A model generated the notes under the pieces. The model was not told where the DNA came from. It saw only the letters and a list, made by a program, of their open reading frames with translations, and did not search any database. A DNA stretch of 53,851 nt, taken from Candidatus Hydrothermarchaeota archaeon (GTDB lineage Archaea; Hydrothermarchaeota; Hydrothermarchaeia; Hydrothermarchaeales; JALUUU01). The stretch lies in NCBI GenBank assembly GCA_964481825.1, contig CAYZUE010000002.1, forward strand, positions 1 to 53,851, written 5' to 3'. The position numbers were made by a program, and so were the translations under genes. Below, one piece after another: positions 1 through 9,381 of the stretch (the stretch's first letter is position 1; the number at the start of each line of letters is the position of its first letter).

Positions 1-235
1 GAGCATTTACAATTGTTACCTGTTGATTCGCAATTTCGACTATAAACGAATTATCTTGAACATCTTTAACCTCATAACCCATTATAACCATTTTTTTATC
101 CGCATATGCTGATGGTTCAGAAATTGCGTCACTAAGAGGTGGATATTTTCGATGTTTATCATATTCAAGAGAGTTATATATGCCAAACATAATTAAGATT
201 AAAAAGAAAAATACTCCTATTAAAAATCGATTCAT
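1..235 (-). CDS. hypothetical membrane-anchored protein, N-terminal part only (gene runs off the left edge)
   Basis: ATG at 235-233 overlaps the TAA of the upstream DegT gene (TAATG). Translation MNRFLIGVFFFLILIMFGIYNS... has one hydrophobic N-terminal helix and stays open to position 1. Absent from the supplied ORF track because there is no stop in the window. Confidence 0.35.
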   Translation of the reverse strand, partial: MNRFLIGVFFFLILIMFGIYNSLEYDKHRKYPPLSDAISEPSAYADKKMVIMGYEVKDVQDNSFIVEIANQQVTIVNA

Positions 236-1341
236 TACCTTAAGCCTTTTTTTATACTATTGATAATGTAAGATTTATCTTCATGTGTTAATGAGGGAGA
301 ATTACTTATGTAAAAGCCATTTTCAAATGATTTTAAGGAGTTTTTGAATCTTGTTGCAGTATAACCCATCCTTCTATATGGTTGCTGATCTGGGATTAAA
401 CAGAAAAAAGGACGAGTTTCAATACCTGATTTTCCTAAAAATTGTACCATTTTATTTCTAAGTTTGGGATCTCTCATTTGAATGTAGTAGGAAAAATAAA
501 CATTATGTGCATAGTCTAGTTCCAATGGGAGGGATTCTATTTCAGCATAGCCCTCCAATTCGTTGTTCAACTCGATAATATTCTTCCTCCTTTTAACAAT
601 CAAACGATCAATTTTAGATAGTTGTATAAGTCCAATACTTGCCTGCAAATCGGTCATCTTATAATTGTAACCCAGTCGTGGGTAGCAAAAATTTAATTTA
701 TCATCTTCACCAAGATTCCGAATTGATCTTAATTCCTTGTCAAGATCTGAGTCTTTTGTTACAATCATCCCTCCTTCACCAGTTGTTATTATTTTATTAG
801 CATAAAGGCTAAAACAGGATATATGACCTATTGATCCTGCCCTCTTACCTTTGTACATTGCACCCATTGCTTGAGCTGCATCCTCAATAACTTTTAAATC
901 GTATTTTTCAGCAAGTTCCATTAAAGGATCCATATCTACTGGGTGTCCAAACAAATGAACTACTAATATTGCTTTTGTTTTATTTGTTATTTTAGATTTG
1001 ATTAAATCAACGTCTATATTAAACGTTCTTTTATCAGTATCGATGAAGATGGGTAAAGCACCTTGTAAAAGAATTGGATTAGATGACGCAATACAAGATA
1101 GGGGAGTTGTTATTACATTATCTCCTTTAGAAACCCCACACACAGCTAAAGCAGCATGAAGGGCACTTGTTCCAGAGCTTGTAGCGATGCCATACTTCGC
1201 CATACAAAACTTTGAAAATTTGTTCTCAAATTTTAAAACGTTTTCTCCCTGTGTAATCCACCCACTCTTTAAAACCTCAGTTACTGCTTCAATTTCATCA
1301 TTGCCTATATCTGGTTTAGCAACGGGTATTTGCCACTTCAA
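235..1341 (-). CDS. DegT/DnrJ/EryC1/StrS-family PLP-dependent sugar aminotransferase
   Basis: 368 aa. GTSALHAAL motif and FSLYANKIITTGEGG (PLP-lysine motif SxxxxKxxxxGEGG). 4-nt overlap with the upstream paralog. Confidence 0.85.
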   Translation of the reverse strand: MKWQIPVAKPDIGNDEIEAVTEVLKSGWITQGENVLKFENKFSKFCMAKYGIATSSGTSALHAALAVCGVSKGDNVITTPLSCIASSNPILLQGALPIFIDTDKRTFNIDVDLIKSKITNKTKAILVVHLFGHPVDMDPLMELAEKYDLKVIEDAAQAMGAMYKGKRAGSIGHISCFSLYANKIITTGEGGMIVTKDSDLDKELRSIRNLGEDDKLNFCYPRLGYNYKMTDLQASIGLIQLSKIDRLIVKRRKNIIELNNELEGYAEIESLPLELDYAHNVYFSYYIQMRDPKLRNKMVQFLGKSGIETRPFFCLIPDQQPYRRMGYTATRFKNSLKSFENGFYISNSPSLTHEDKSYIINSIKKGLR

Positions 1342-2423
1342 CTTAATGCCTCTCTTATTACTTGTACGATTCTATCAACATCCTTATTTTTCAAAACTGT
1401 TGAAGAAGGTAAGTTAATTCCCACCTTTGAGAGCCTCTCAGCAACATGGAATTTTTCATTATTTTTATAAGGTGGAAGGTAGTGCATCGGATAAAAAAAA
1501 GGTCTAGTATCAATTTCTTTTTTTTCTAAAACCTTAGCTAGATTATCACGTTCTTTTAAAAGTATGGAGTACATCCAATATACGCATTTAGCCCATGACA
1601 TCTCAGGATGGATATCTATTAAATCTCCACCTATAAGATCATTCAATCCCTTACTGTATCGATTTGCAATTTTTCTTTTCCTTTCTATAAAGCCATCAAT
1701 CTTTTTTAATTGGGCCACGCCTATTGCTGCTTGAAGATTAGTCATCCGATAATTAAAGCCTATTGTGGAATGCCAATAAGTATTATCATCTGACATTGCA
1801 TGGTCACGGAGAAGCCTCATTCGATCAGCCAATTCTTCATCATTTGTAACGCACATACCACCCTCACCTGTCGTAATTAATTTATTTCCATAAAAAGAAA
1901 AACATCCGACAGTTCCTAAACTCCCAGTTTTTCTTCCCTTATACTCTGCACCATGAGCCTCAGCAGCATCCTCGATTACATATAATCCATAATCATCGGC
2001 TAGGTCTGTTATAGTGTCCATATGACATGGATGCCCATAGAGATGCACTGGGATAATTGCACGAGTTTTATTACTTATTTTTTCCTTGATCTTCTCAGGA
2101 TCCATACACCAATAATCAGGATGCGAATCCACAAAAATAGGCTTAGCATTACAGTAGGAAACTGCATTTGCAGTTGCAATAAAGGTTAATGAAGGAATAA
2201 TGACCTCATCACCTTTTCCAATACCCATTGATTTCAAAACAAGATGTAATGCAACGGTCCCGTTAGAAACAGCCACCCCTTGTTTAACCTCACAATATTT
2301 CGAAAATTCTCTCTCAAATTTTGATATGTAACGCCCTTTGGACGAAATCCAGCTTGACTTAACTACCTCTATAATGTTTTCTAATTCTTCACTACCAAGA
2401 TCTGGCTCTGCAATAGGTATCAT
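1338..2423 (-). CDS. DegT/DnrJ/EryC1/StrS-family PLP-dependent sugar aminotransferase (second paralog)
   Basis: NGTVALHLVL and FSFYGNKLITTGEGG motifs. I prefer the ATG at 2423 (MIPIAEPDLG...) because it forms an ATGA overlap with the epimerase stop at 2420-2422. The ORF track start is 2438. Confidence 0.85.
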   Translation of the reverse strand: MIPIAEPDLGSEELENIIEVVKSSWISSKGRYISKFEREFSKYCEVKQGVAVSNGTVALHLVLKSMGIGKGDEVIIPSLTFIATANAVSYCNAKPIFVDSHPDYWCMDPEKIKEKISNKTRAIIPVHLYGHPCHMDTITDLADDYGLYVIEDAAEAHGAEYKGRKTGSLGTVGCFSFYGNKLITTGEGGMCVTNDEELADRMRLLRDHAMSDDNTYWHSTIGFNYRMTNLQAAIGVAQLKKIDGFIERKRKIANRYSKGLNDLIGGDLIDIHPEMSWAKCVYWMYSILLKERDNLAKVLEKKEIDTRPFFYPMHYLPPYKNNEKFHVAERLSKVGINLPSSTVLKNKDVDRIVQVIREALS

Positions 2424-3355
2424 CTTTGCTTCTTCCAATTAACATATTTTTCAAGACCTTCATCCAAGTTTATATTAGGTTTCCAATGTAGCTCTTTATT
2501 TGCCTTTTTAATGTCAGCCTGGGTATGTTCTGTATCACCCTTAATTGCAGGGAAATATTCTAATTTAGATTCACTTCTCGTTAACCTGATAATCTTATTG
2601 GCTAGTTCTTTAACACTAACCCTTGATCCTTCTCCAATGTTATACGCACCATCCCCCCTCTTAATTGCTTCAATAGTTGCACGTGCTATATCAGAAATAT
2701 GGGTGAATCCTCTTGTACGAGTCCCATCACCGTAAATTGGGATAATTTCATTATTCATGGCTTTCTCAGTGAAAATAGAAATAGCTAAATCTGGACGGAT
2801 CCCTGGACCATATACTGTGAAATATCTTAAAGAGACAATGTCTAAACCATATAGTTCTGAGAAAATATTACAATACTGTTCAGCAGCAAGCTTAGAAGCT
2901 CCATAAGGGGACAACGGCTCTTTAGGGTGATTTTCATCAAAAGGAAGATATTTCACCTTTCCATAAATTGAAGAAGATGAAGCATTAATAATCTTTTTTA
3001 CACTTGAATCCACAGATGCTTGCAGGACAGACAGAGTGCCAACAATATTTACCATTGTTGATTTCAATGGGTCAGATACACTTGCTCGAACCCCTGGTTG
3101 AGCAGCCTCATGGATAATACACTCTACATTGTGGTCTGAAATTATTTTATCTAATATCTGTTGATTTTGAACATCACCCTCAATAAGATAAAAATCATTA
3201 TTATCTAAAAAAGGGGTAATATTCCCCCGTTTAATCTTTACATCATAATATTGATCAAAGTTGTCTAGACATATTACATGATTATTACTACGCAGTAAAG
3301 AATCAACAACATGCGATCCAATAAACCCTGCACCCCCTGTAACTAATACCTTCAT
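2420..3355 (-). CDS. NAD-dependent nucleotide-sugar epimerase/dehydratase (SDR family)
   Basis: 311 aa. N-terminal Rossmann motif VTGGAGFIGSH and catalytic YGASK (YxxxK). Confidence 0.85.
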   Translation of the reverse strand: MKVLVTGGAGFIGSHVVDSLLRSNNHVICLDNFDQYYDVKIKRGNITPFLDNNDFYLIEGDVQNQQILDKIISDHNVECIIHEAAQPGVRASVSDPLKSTMVNIVGTLSVLQASVDSSVKKIINASSSSIYGKVKYLPFDENHPKEPLSPYGASKLAAEQYCNIFSELYGLDIVSLRYFTVYGPGIRPDLAISIFTEKAMNNEIIPIYGDGTRTRGFTHISDIARATIEAIKRGDGAYNIGEGSRVSVKELANKIIRLTRSESKLEYFPAIKGDTEHTQADIKKANKELHWKPNINLDEGLEKYVNWKKQR

Positions 3356-3529
3356 AATTGTGATTATTGGACTTTTATATTAATAAATACCTTTGTAATT
3401 AACTTTGATAGTAGAAACGAAATTAAGATCAATTAAAAAAACAACTTTTCTAGATTCTTCTTTTTTTAAATATTCATTGAATTAGCAAGATTTAATTCTA
3501 GCTCAGTATTTAAATAATTGCAAATTATT

Positions 3530-4063
3530 TCAAAACAGAGTTTTTAATTCATCTTCGGAAATTTTTGCTTTAACTAACTCGTCTGTACCTTTTTTCTTTA
3601 TTGAATTTATAGTCTCTTTTACTTCCCAAGGGAATATAACCCATGCATTAATTTCCTCTACGTAAAAATCTGGAGTAAACTTAGATTGAGGCTTTTTAAT
3701 TAATGTAACAACGGATATTTGATCGGGATTCATTTTTTCAAGATGCTTGAGAACAGCGATTAGACTTTCGCCAGTGTCGGAAATATCATCAACAAGTAAA
3801 ATACGTTTACCATGAAGATCTAAGTCAGTTAGAGACGTGATTAGTGGTCTGTTAATACGTTTTCCTATATCACTGTAGAACTTTACTCGAATTGTATAGA
3901 GCTCATTATTATCAAGATAGTCTGAGAGTAGTCTACCCGGAACTAAACCTCCTCGTGATAAAGATAATATGATATCAAAAGTAAGTTTTTGATCTTTTAT
4001 ACCTTTGGCAAGTTTCATACACTGTTGATCTATATTTTCCCAGGATAAACGTATATATTTCAT
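3530..4063 (-). CDS. purine (hypoxanthine/guanine-type) phosphoribosyltransferase
   Basis: 177 aa. PRPP-binding motif ILLVDDISDTGESL and SRGGLVPGRLLS loop. Size fits archaeal Hpt/Gpt-like PRTases. Confidence 0.7.
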   Translation of the reverse strand: MKYIRLSWENIDQQCMKLAKGIKDQKLTFDIILSLSRGGLVPGRLLSDYLDNNELYTIRVKFYSDIGKRINRPLITSLTDLDLHGKRILLVDDISDTGESLIAVLKHLEKMNPDQISVVTLIKKPQSKFTPDFYVEEINAWVIFPWEVKETINSIKKKGTDELVKAKISEDELKTLF

Positions 4064-4066
4064 GTT

Positions 4067-4507
4067 TTACAAAAGACCTGTTAATGTGGTAACAATCTTA
4101 GCGATAAATACCTTAATTTTGGAAAAAAAATCATAAGTTTCCGTCTGAATCTCATTATTTATGAAAGCATCTATAAATTTATTCATAGGGTCTGATGATG
4201 CTAGGATATTTTCAATCTGCTTCTCATCTATCGTAAGTTTGATTGTTGGATCATCCACCCCCCCATTTATCAGTTCTATTGCATCTCCTTCATTGATTAT
4301 AACACCAATTACTTCTCCATTAACCTGGATATTCACTCTTTCGCTACCAAAGAGAGTTTTAAGATGGCTTGGAATTTCTTTAAAATTAGCACCATATGAT
4401 TCTTTCAAGTCTTCTAATTGATGAAAAATATCTTGTTCATTTGCAAATACAGGTGATGGAAAGATAAGCAATAATAGTAACCCTATATATTTAATCAAAA
4501 AAATCAC
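4067..4507 (-). CDS. hypothetical secreted or membrane-anchored protein
   Basis: 146 aa. Hydrophobic N-terminus IFLIKYIGLLLLLIFPSPVFA looks like a signal peptide. I recognise no catalytic motif; any SCP2-like resemblance is weak. Confidence 0.4.
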   Translation of the reverse strand: MIFLIKYIGLLLLLIFPSPVFANEQDIFHQLEDLKESYGANFKEIPSHLKTLFGSERVNIQVNGEVIGVIINEGDAIELINGGVDDPTIKLTIDEKQIENILASSDPMNKFIDAFINNEIQTETYDFFSKIKVFIAKIVTTLTGLL

Positions 4508-4651
4508 CTAAACAGTCTTTTATTTCAACAAATATAAAAATATTGGGTTGATAAAAACCCCAATTTTCCTAATATTAAAATAACATTGTAATAAATCCTA
4601 ACTAACCTCAATACTAAAATAAAATAGATTAGTTAGTAAAATCTCAGTTTT

Positions 4652-5416
4652 CTATGATTTTTTCCTTCTCTTCGAGAAATTATTCGTCAATTTGAGTATT
4701 CCCTTATCTTTAAATCTTACTAATCTCTCAAGCTTACTGTAGTTATCGTTTGAAGATGATTGTAAAGGGGCTTTCCTGTTACTCTGATGTTTTTTTACAG
4801 CCCTCATCCTTGCATTTACATAATCGCAAAAATCTTGGATGTATTCTTTATGACAATCATCAAATTCAGTTTCATCCCCAGGTATATCTACCTTAATCAC
4901 ACGTCCATGCCATCTCTTTTTTTTATATTCGATACAAGTGATATAATCATAAATGAATTCCTTAATCTCCTTAAACTTCCATTTTGAAAAGCCAGTCGGG
5001 GCTCTATGTATGAAAAGAATCCTTTTATGTGTCCCTATCAAAGGTCCGTTAAGTGTTGGCATTATTTTTTCAACTTTTTCATCGAGATCGAGAGTTTTTG
5101 TCAATTCAACAAGGAGGTCATCCCCCATCATAGACTCGTAATCGTCCTCCTTATTGTTCCAAGCTTTTAAGACCTGTGATTTGACCTCTTCCCTCTCTAG
5201 CATGTTTTTCTTCTTCGATTTTTTCTTGCCTTTTAAAGATTTTTTAACTGCTGCTGTTTTTTTACTTTCAACCTTCTTTTTTTTTAAATTATTTCTAAGA
5301 GCCTTAACAGTTTCTCTTGCCTTCCATCTAGGGTTAAGCTTCCTCTTTGCCATCTTTCCCTTCTTTAATTCTTCTCGAGCACCGCTAACAAACTCCCGTA
5401 TCATTTTTAAAGCCAT
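4652..5416 (-). CDS. hypothetical protein: Lys-rich basic N-terminal tail, central PH-like region, SHOCT-like C-terminus
   Basis: 254 aa. Residues ~20-70 are very K/R rich (KKKKVESKKTAAVKKSLKGKKKSKKK). The C-terminal LERLVRFKDKGILKLTNNFSKRRKK resembles the SHOCT short motif. Confidence 0.5.
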   Translation of the reverse strand: MALKMIREFVSGAREELKKGKMAKRKLNPRWKARETVKALRNNLKKKKVESKKTAAVKKSLKGKKKSKKKNMLEREEVKSQVLKAWNNKEDDYESMMGDDLLVELTKTLDLDEKVEKIMPTLNGPLIGTHKRILFIHRAPTGFSKWKFKEIKEFIYDYITCIEYKKKRWHGRVIKVDIPGDETEFDDCHKEYIQDFCDYVNARMRAVKKHQSNRKAPLQSSSNDNYSKLERLVRFKDKGILKLTNNFSKRRKKS

Positions 5417-5633
5417 CTAATATCACCTTGGTCGAAACCCACCCGACCATTCTATCAATTATACCATTATACTAACCATATGCGATATTCTAATTTATAA
5501 GATTAATTAGAAAGTAGAGAACTAAAAACTAATGTGTCTTTATAAACAGTAATATCTTTTCATTCAAATTTGTAAAAATTTGTTAAAGTAAACAACGAAA
5601 AAGATAAAAGTTTTACGAATTAAATAAAAACCT

Positions 5634-6914
5634 ATGAAACCACTTATCGTTGCAAGTACTAGGCCAGAAATTATTAAACTTTCTCCTATAATGAGATCCC
5701 TAGATCAAAAGAGCATTGAATATATTTTTGCAACAACTGGGCAACACTATGATGATGCATTATTCAATATTTTTATAATGGAATTAGGACTCAGTGAACC
5801 AGATTATAATATTTTGGTAGGATCCGGTTCACAAGCCTACCAAACCTATAAAGCGATGATTGAACTCGAAAATATAATGATAAAAGAGAATCCTACTGTT
5901 ATAATTGTTGAAGGTGATACCAATTCGGTTTTAAGTAGTGCCTTAGTTGGAGTTAAACTTCAAATTCCAATAGCCCATGTGGAAGCTGGATTGCGAAGTT
6001 ATGATAAGAATATGCCAGAAGAGATAAATCGAATAGTAGTAGATCATTGTTCTGAAATACTTTTCGCCCCAACAGAGCAAGCAGGGCTTAATTTAATACA
6101 TGAGGGAATAGAACCAAATAAGATATTTATTACTGGAAATACAATTGTAGATTCTACTTTTCAGAATGTAAAACTTGGAAAGGACACGGCTAAAGATCTA
6201 TACAAGGGGGATTACCTAGTACTTACGCTACATAGAGCCGAAAACGTTGACAATGATGAACGCCTTAAAGGATTAATTGAAGCTATAGATTCATTGGGGG
6301 AAAAAATTATTTTCCCAGCACATCCCCGTACTGTTAAACGGATTAAAAGCATCGGTATTAATCAATTAAAGAACATCGATATAATAAAACCCCTTGGATA
6401 CATAGATTTTCTCAACTTGCTGAAAAACGCCCGAGCTGCTCTTACCGATTCAGGGGGTATACAAGAGGAAACTTCGATTTTGAATGTGCCCTGCTTCACC
6501 CTACGTAGTACTACTGAACGCCCTGAAAGTGTTGAAGCAGGAGGAAATATTCTAGTCGGGGTAGATAAAGATGATTTAATCAAGAGAATATCGACTACAT
6601 TGAAAGATAAAAAACGTTTAAATAAAATGATTAAAGCAGACAATCCATTTGGTGATGGCAGAAGTGGGGAAAGAATTGTTGAAATTTTACACGACATAGA
6701 TAATCGAGGTAATCTAAAAATTAAAACCCCTAATTTCACAACCGGGATTTGGAAGCGTAAAATAATTGAGGTTGATATTACCCTTGAAGGTAAAATGGTA
6801 GAAGAATTAGATTTTGAAGTTATACGGATATTGGATGGAAATGATGAAAAGTTTCCAAAAAAGGATTTAAAGTTAAAAATGGGGCAGATTGTTGAGATAA
6901 TAGAAAAACCCTAG
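5634..6914 (+). CDS. wecB: UDP-N-acetylglucosamine 2-epimerase (non-hydrolysing) with extra C-terminal domain
   Basis: 426 aa. RPEIIKLSP, HVEAGLRSYD and MPEEINR motifs typical of WecB/MnaA. About 60 residues extend beyond the usual end of the fold. Confidence 0.85.
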   Translation: MKPLIVASTRPEIIKLSPIMRSLDQKSIEYIFATTGQHYDDALFNIFIMELGLSEPDYNILVGSGSQAYQTYKAMIELENIMIKENPTVIIVEGDTNSVLSSALVGVKLQIPIAHVEAGLRSYDKNMPEEINRIVVDHCSEILFAPTEQAGLNLIHEGIEPNKIFITGNTIVDSTFQNVKLGKDTAKDLYKGDYLVLTLHRAENVDNDERLKGLIEAIDSLGEKIIFPAHPRTVKRIKSIGINQLKNIDIIKPLGYIDFLNLLKNARAALTDSGGIQEETSILNVPCFTLRSTTERPESVEAGGNILVGVDKDDLIKRISTTLKDKKRLNKMIKADNPFGDGRSGERIVEILHDIDNRGNLKIKTPNFTTGIWKRKIIEVDITLEGKMVEELDFEVIRILDGNDEKFPKKDLKLKMGQIVEIIEKP

Positions 6915-7073
6915 AAAGAAAAGAAATTCAATAAATACGCCCTTTATTTACTTTTTATTACAGATTTGTTATCCTACTTATTCAAGGGGAGAAAGATGTT
7001 AATTCGAGACCAAGTGTCTAACCTTTTTAAGTTTTAAAACTACAACTACAAAATTGAATTGCAGATTACAAAA

Positions 7074-7409
7074 TTAAGATTTATTATTGTGCACAATACC
7101 TACCCCACTACATAAAACACACGCGCCCTTAAATTTAAATAAACCTTTGATTTCCGATTCTCCTGACAAGCCAGTTCCCTGGCATTTATTACAACTGGAT
7201 AAAGGTATTATTTCATCATTTTCTACTCTTTCAAAAGAAATATTCACTTTCCCTTCCCCCCCACAAACATCGCAAGGATCAAGAGTATCCTCGTCACGAT
7301 TGAGATGAACTCCGGCTATAATCCCGGTTCCTTCACATTTGCCACAATTTACTAACACATGATTATCATCAATTACCTTATAATCACAACATTGATTCTC
7401 GTCATTCAA
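7074..7409 (-). CDS. stand-alone DnaJ-CR-type zinc-finger protein (4x CxxCxGxG)
   Basis: 111 aa with CGKCEGTG, CDVCGGEG, CNKCQGTG and CVLCSGVG. This is the four-repeat arrangement of the DnaJ cysteine-rich domain, with no J domain. Confidence 0.6.
   Translation of the reverse strand: MNDENQCCDYKVIDDNHVLVNCGKCEGTGIIAGVHLNRDEDTLDPCDVCGGEGKVNISFERVENDEIIPLSSCNKCQGTGLSGESEIKGLFKFKGACVLCSGVGIVHNNKS
7334..7378. repeat. 45-nt block nearly identical (1 mismatch) to 7815..7859
   Basis: cacattt[g/a]ccacaatttactaacacatgattatcatcaattacct occurs in both zinc-finger genes (offset 481 nt). The rest of the two genes is much more diverged. Confidence 0.85.
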
Positions 7410-7536
7410 ATATTTAGCCCCCAGGTATTATAACTTAGATAATCTTAAGAAATTTCTGATACCATAAATAAAAAAAAACATCTTTAATTGTAAATCACCC
7501 AATTTTTCCTTCAGATACCCTCCATAATTGGCTTAA

Positions 7537-7923
7537 TTAACATCCTCTAAGTTGATAACTTGAGATAATTCCTACACCTTTACATAAAACACATGAGCCT
7601 GAAAATATGGAATCATCCTTTTTTTCAACTTCACTGCTCGGTCCTTCTCCAAATCCGCCACATTTATTACATTTAAATAGTTGAATAGCGACATCTTTTT
7701 CAATAAAAGGCACCTCTAGTTTCGCCTCCCCTTCACCATTACATGCATCACATGGTTTTTTTATTATTTTATTTTCTTGAGAAATATTGATTCCATTAAT
7801 ACTTCCTGTGCTGCCACATTTACCACAATTTACTAACACATGATTATCATCAATTACCTCATAATTTATGACAGGACGCCCCTTATCATCAAGCTCCTCG
7901 TAATTAGGGTCTTCTTTTTTCAC
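7537..7923 (-). CDS. stand-alone DnaJ-CR-type zinc-finger protein (4x CxxCxGxG), paralog of 7074..7409
   Basis: 128 aa with CGKCGSTG, CDACNGEG, CNKCGGFG and CVLCKGVG. Shares VIDDNHVLVNCGKC with its neighbour. Confidence 0.6.
   Translation of the reverse strand: MKKEDPNYEELDDKGRPVINYEVIDDNHVLVNCGKCGSTGSINGINISQENKIIKKPCDACNGEGEAKLEVPFIEKDVAIQLFKCNKCGGFGEGPSSEVEKKDDSIFSGSCVLCKGVGIISSYQLRGC
7815..7859. repeat. 45-nt block nearly identical (1 mismatch) to 7334..7378
   Basis: See the partner repeat; read directly from the sequence. Confidence 0.85.
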
Positions 7924-7983
7924 TTTACTATCACTAATTTAATAATCTATGTTCATATTAATATATTTTAGTTAACTATCCTA

Positions 7984-9186
7984 CTACATTTTAGAGAGTA
8001 ATTCATAATTCAAGAATTTGTCCAAATATCCGAGCATGCGCTTATTTTTTAAGAGTTCTTTTATAAATTTAGATGGCCTATCTGTATCTTGATATCTAAT
8101 CATTAATTTGTCTATTTCCTCCTCTATTGCGAGATCAAAGATCTCTTCAATATCATCGTCACTAAGAGAATCAAATAATTGCCGTATAACTTCATGTATC
8201 TTCAAATCAAACCCAATCCCGGCCATCCATTTATCTGAATAATGTTTATTAAAAAAACTCTCGGAATAGTCTTCTTCTTCAAGTGCTTTTACACAGGCTT
8301 TACCTGCAATTTTTGCGGAGATCCCCCCAGTAATAACTCCCCCTCCAGTACTTGCCTTAACATGCCCCGCAGCATCGCCAACGATAATCGTTCTATTAGA
8401 AACAGAATTATCAACAGTCTCAACTGGAAATGACCCCATATTGATCTCTAAAATACTGCTACTATCGATTTTTTTAGATGCTATAGGGTGATTCATCATA
8501 AAATGGTTTAAATATTCTCTAAGTTTCTTTTTAGGTCTTCTAACTCCAACACCAACTTCGTATGTATCTTCTTTAGGAAGAATCCATGCAAAAAAATTGG
8601 GAGCATAACTTTGCCCAAAATACAATTCTGCTATCTCTCTTTCAACGTCGGCATGTTTCACTTCTATTTGGATAGCCGACACAATTTTATTTGGAGTTTT
8701 AAGATTGAATTGTCTTGCAGTTTTTGAACGAACCCCATCAGCTCCAATTAAAATTTTAGATTGATGAATTTCATTTCCATTAATCCCATTAGTTTTGACT
8801 TTAACGTTCTGATTTATGGAAATTCCTTCAACTGTGGTTTTCAATTTAAAATGTGTTCCTACTCTTGCAGCCCCTCTTGCTAGAAATTTGTCAAAAGACT
8901 TTTTCTCTACCACGTGAGCACGTTCTACATTAGAGTAAGCTCCAAATTCTTTCCCCTGGGGAGAGTAAAAGCGTCCTCCTTTGATAGTATTTGAGATAAT
9001 CCGTTTATCAAGTGACAACCCTAATGTTTTGAGACCCGATACACTATACAAACCAGAACATTGGACTGGATAACCAATTTCTGGATGCTCCTCAATTACA
9101 CAAACTTTGTGCCCTGCTCCAGCTATTTCTTGAGCGGTAATAAGACCTATAGGACCCCCTCCAACTATTATCACATCATATTTCAT
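7984..9186 (-). CDS. geranylgeranyl reductase family flavoprotein (likely digeranylgeranylglycerophospholipid reductase)
   Basis: 400 aa. FAD motif YDVIIVGGGPIGL and VGDAAGHVKASTGGGV. Size is typical of archaeal GGR. Confidence 0.8.
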   Translation of the reverse strand: MKYDVIIVGGGPIGLITAQEIAGAGHKVCVIEEHPEIGYPVQCSGLYSVSGLKTLGLSLDKRIISNTIKGGRFYSPQGKEFGAYSNVERAHVVEKKSFDKFLARGAARVGTHFKLKTTVEGISINQNVKVKTNGINGNEIHQSKILIGADGVRSKTARQFNLKTPNKIVSAIQIEVKHADVEREIAELYFGQSYAPNFFAWILPKEDTYEVGVGVRRPKKKLREYLNHFMMNHPIASKKIDSSSILEINMGSFPVETVDNSVSNRTIIVGDAAGHVKASTGGGVITGGISAKIAGKACVKALEEEDYSESFFNKHYSDKWMAGIGFDLKIHEVIRQLFDSLSDDDIEEIFDLAIEEEIDKLMIRYQDTDRPSKFIKELLKNKRMLGYLDKFLNYELLSKM

Positions 9187-9381
9187 TGTGTTAAGTAGTT
9201 AAATAAAAGTATATAAAAATTGTATACTTTAATAATAGGGATAACATACCGATTTGTTAGTTGAAAATCGTGGATATTAGACAGAACAACGTTGTTCAAG
9301 TGCAATTACTATTGGTTCTGGAATCAGATTGATCTCCGGGTATGCGATAAATTATTTATACTTAAAAAAAAAGGTCTTTTT

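Noticed and set aside
5429-5447. Hairpin GGTCG-aaacccacc-CGACC just upstream of the Lys-rich protein gene start.
   Set aside because: A 5-bp stem only. It could be a 5' UTR structure but is too weak to call.
9292-9381. N-terminal extensions of track ORFs (9292 for the membrane protein, 9923 for pth2, 12523 for DUF354-like, 2438 for DegT-2, 15679 for the polymerase-like gene).
   Set aside because: Internal ATGs give canonical family N-termini and ATGA/TAATG-type junctions with the neighbouring genes. The extensions overlap upstream coding sequence or read as non-coding-like peptide.
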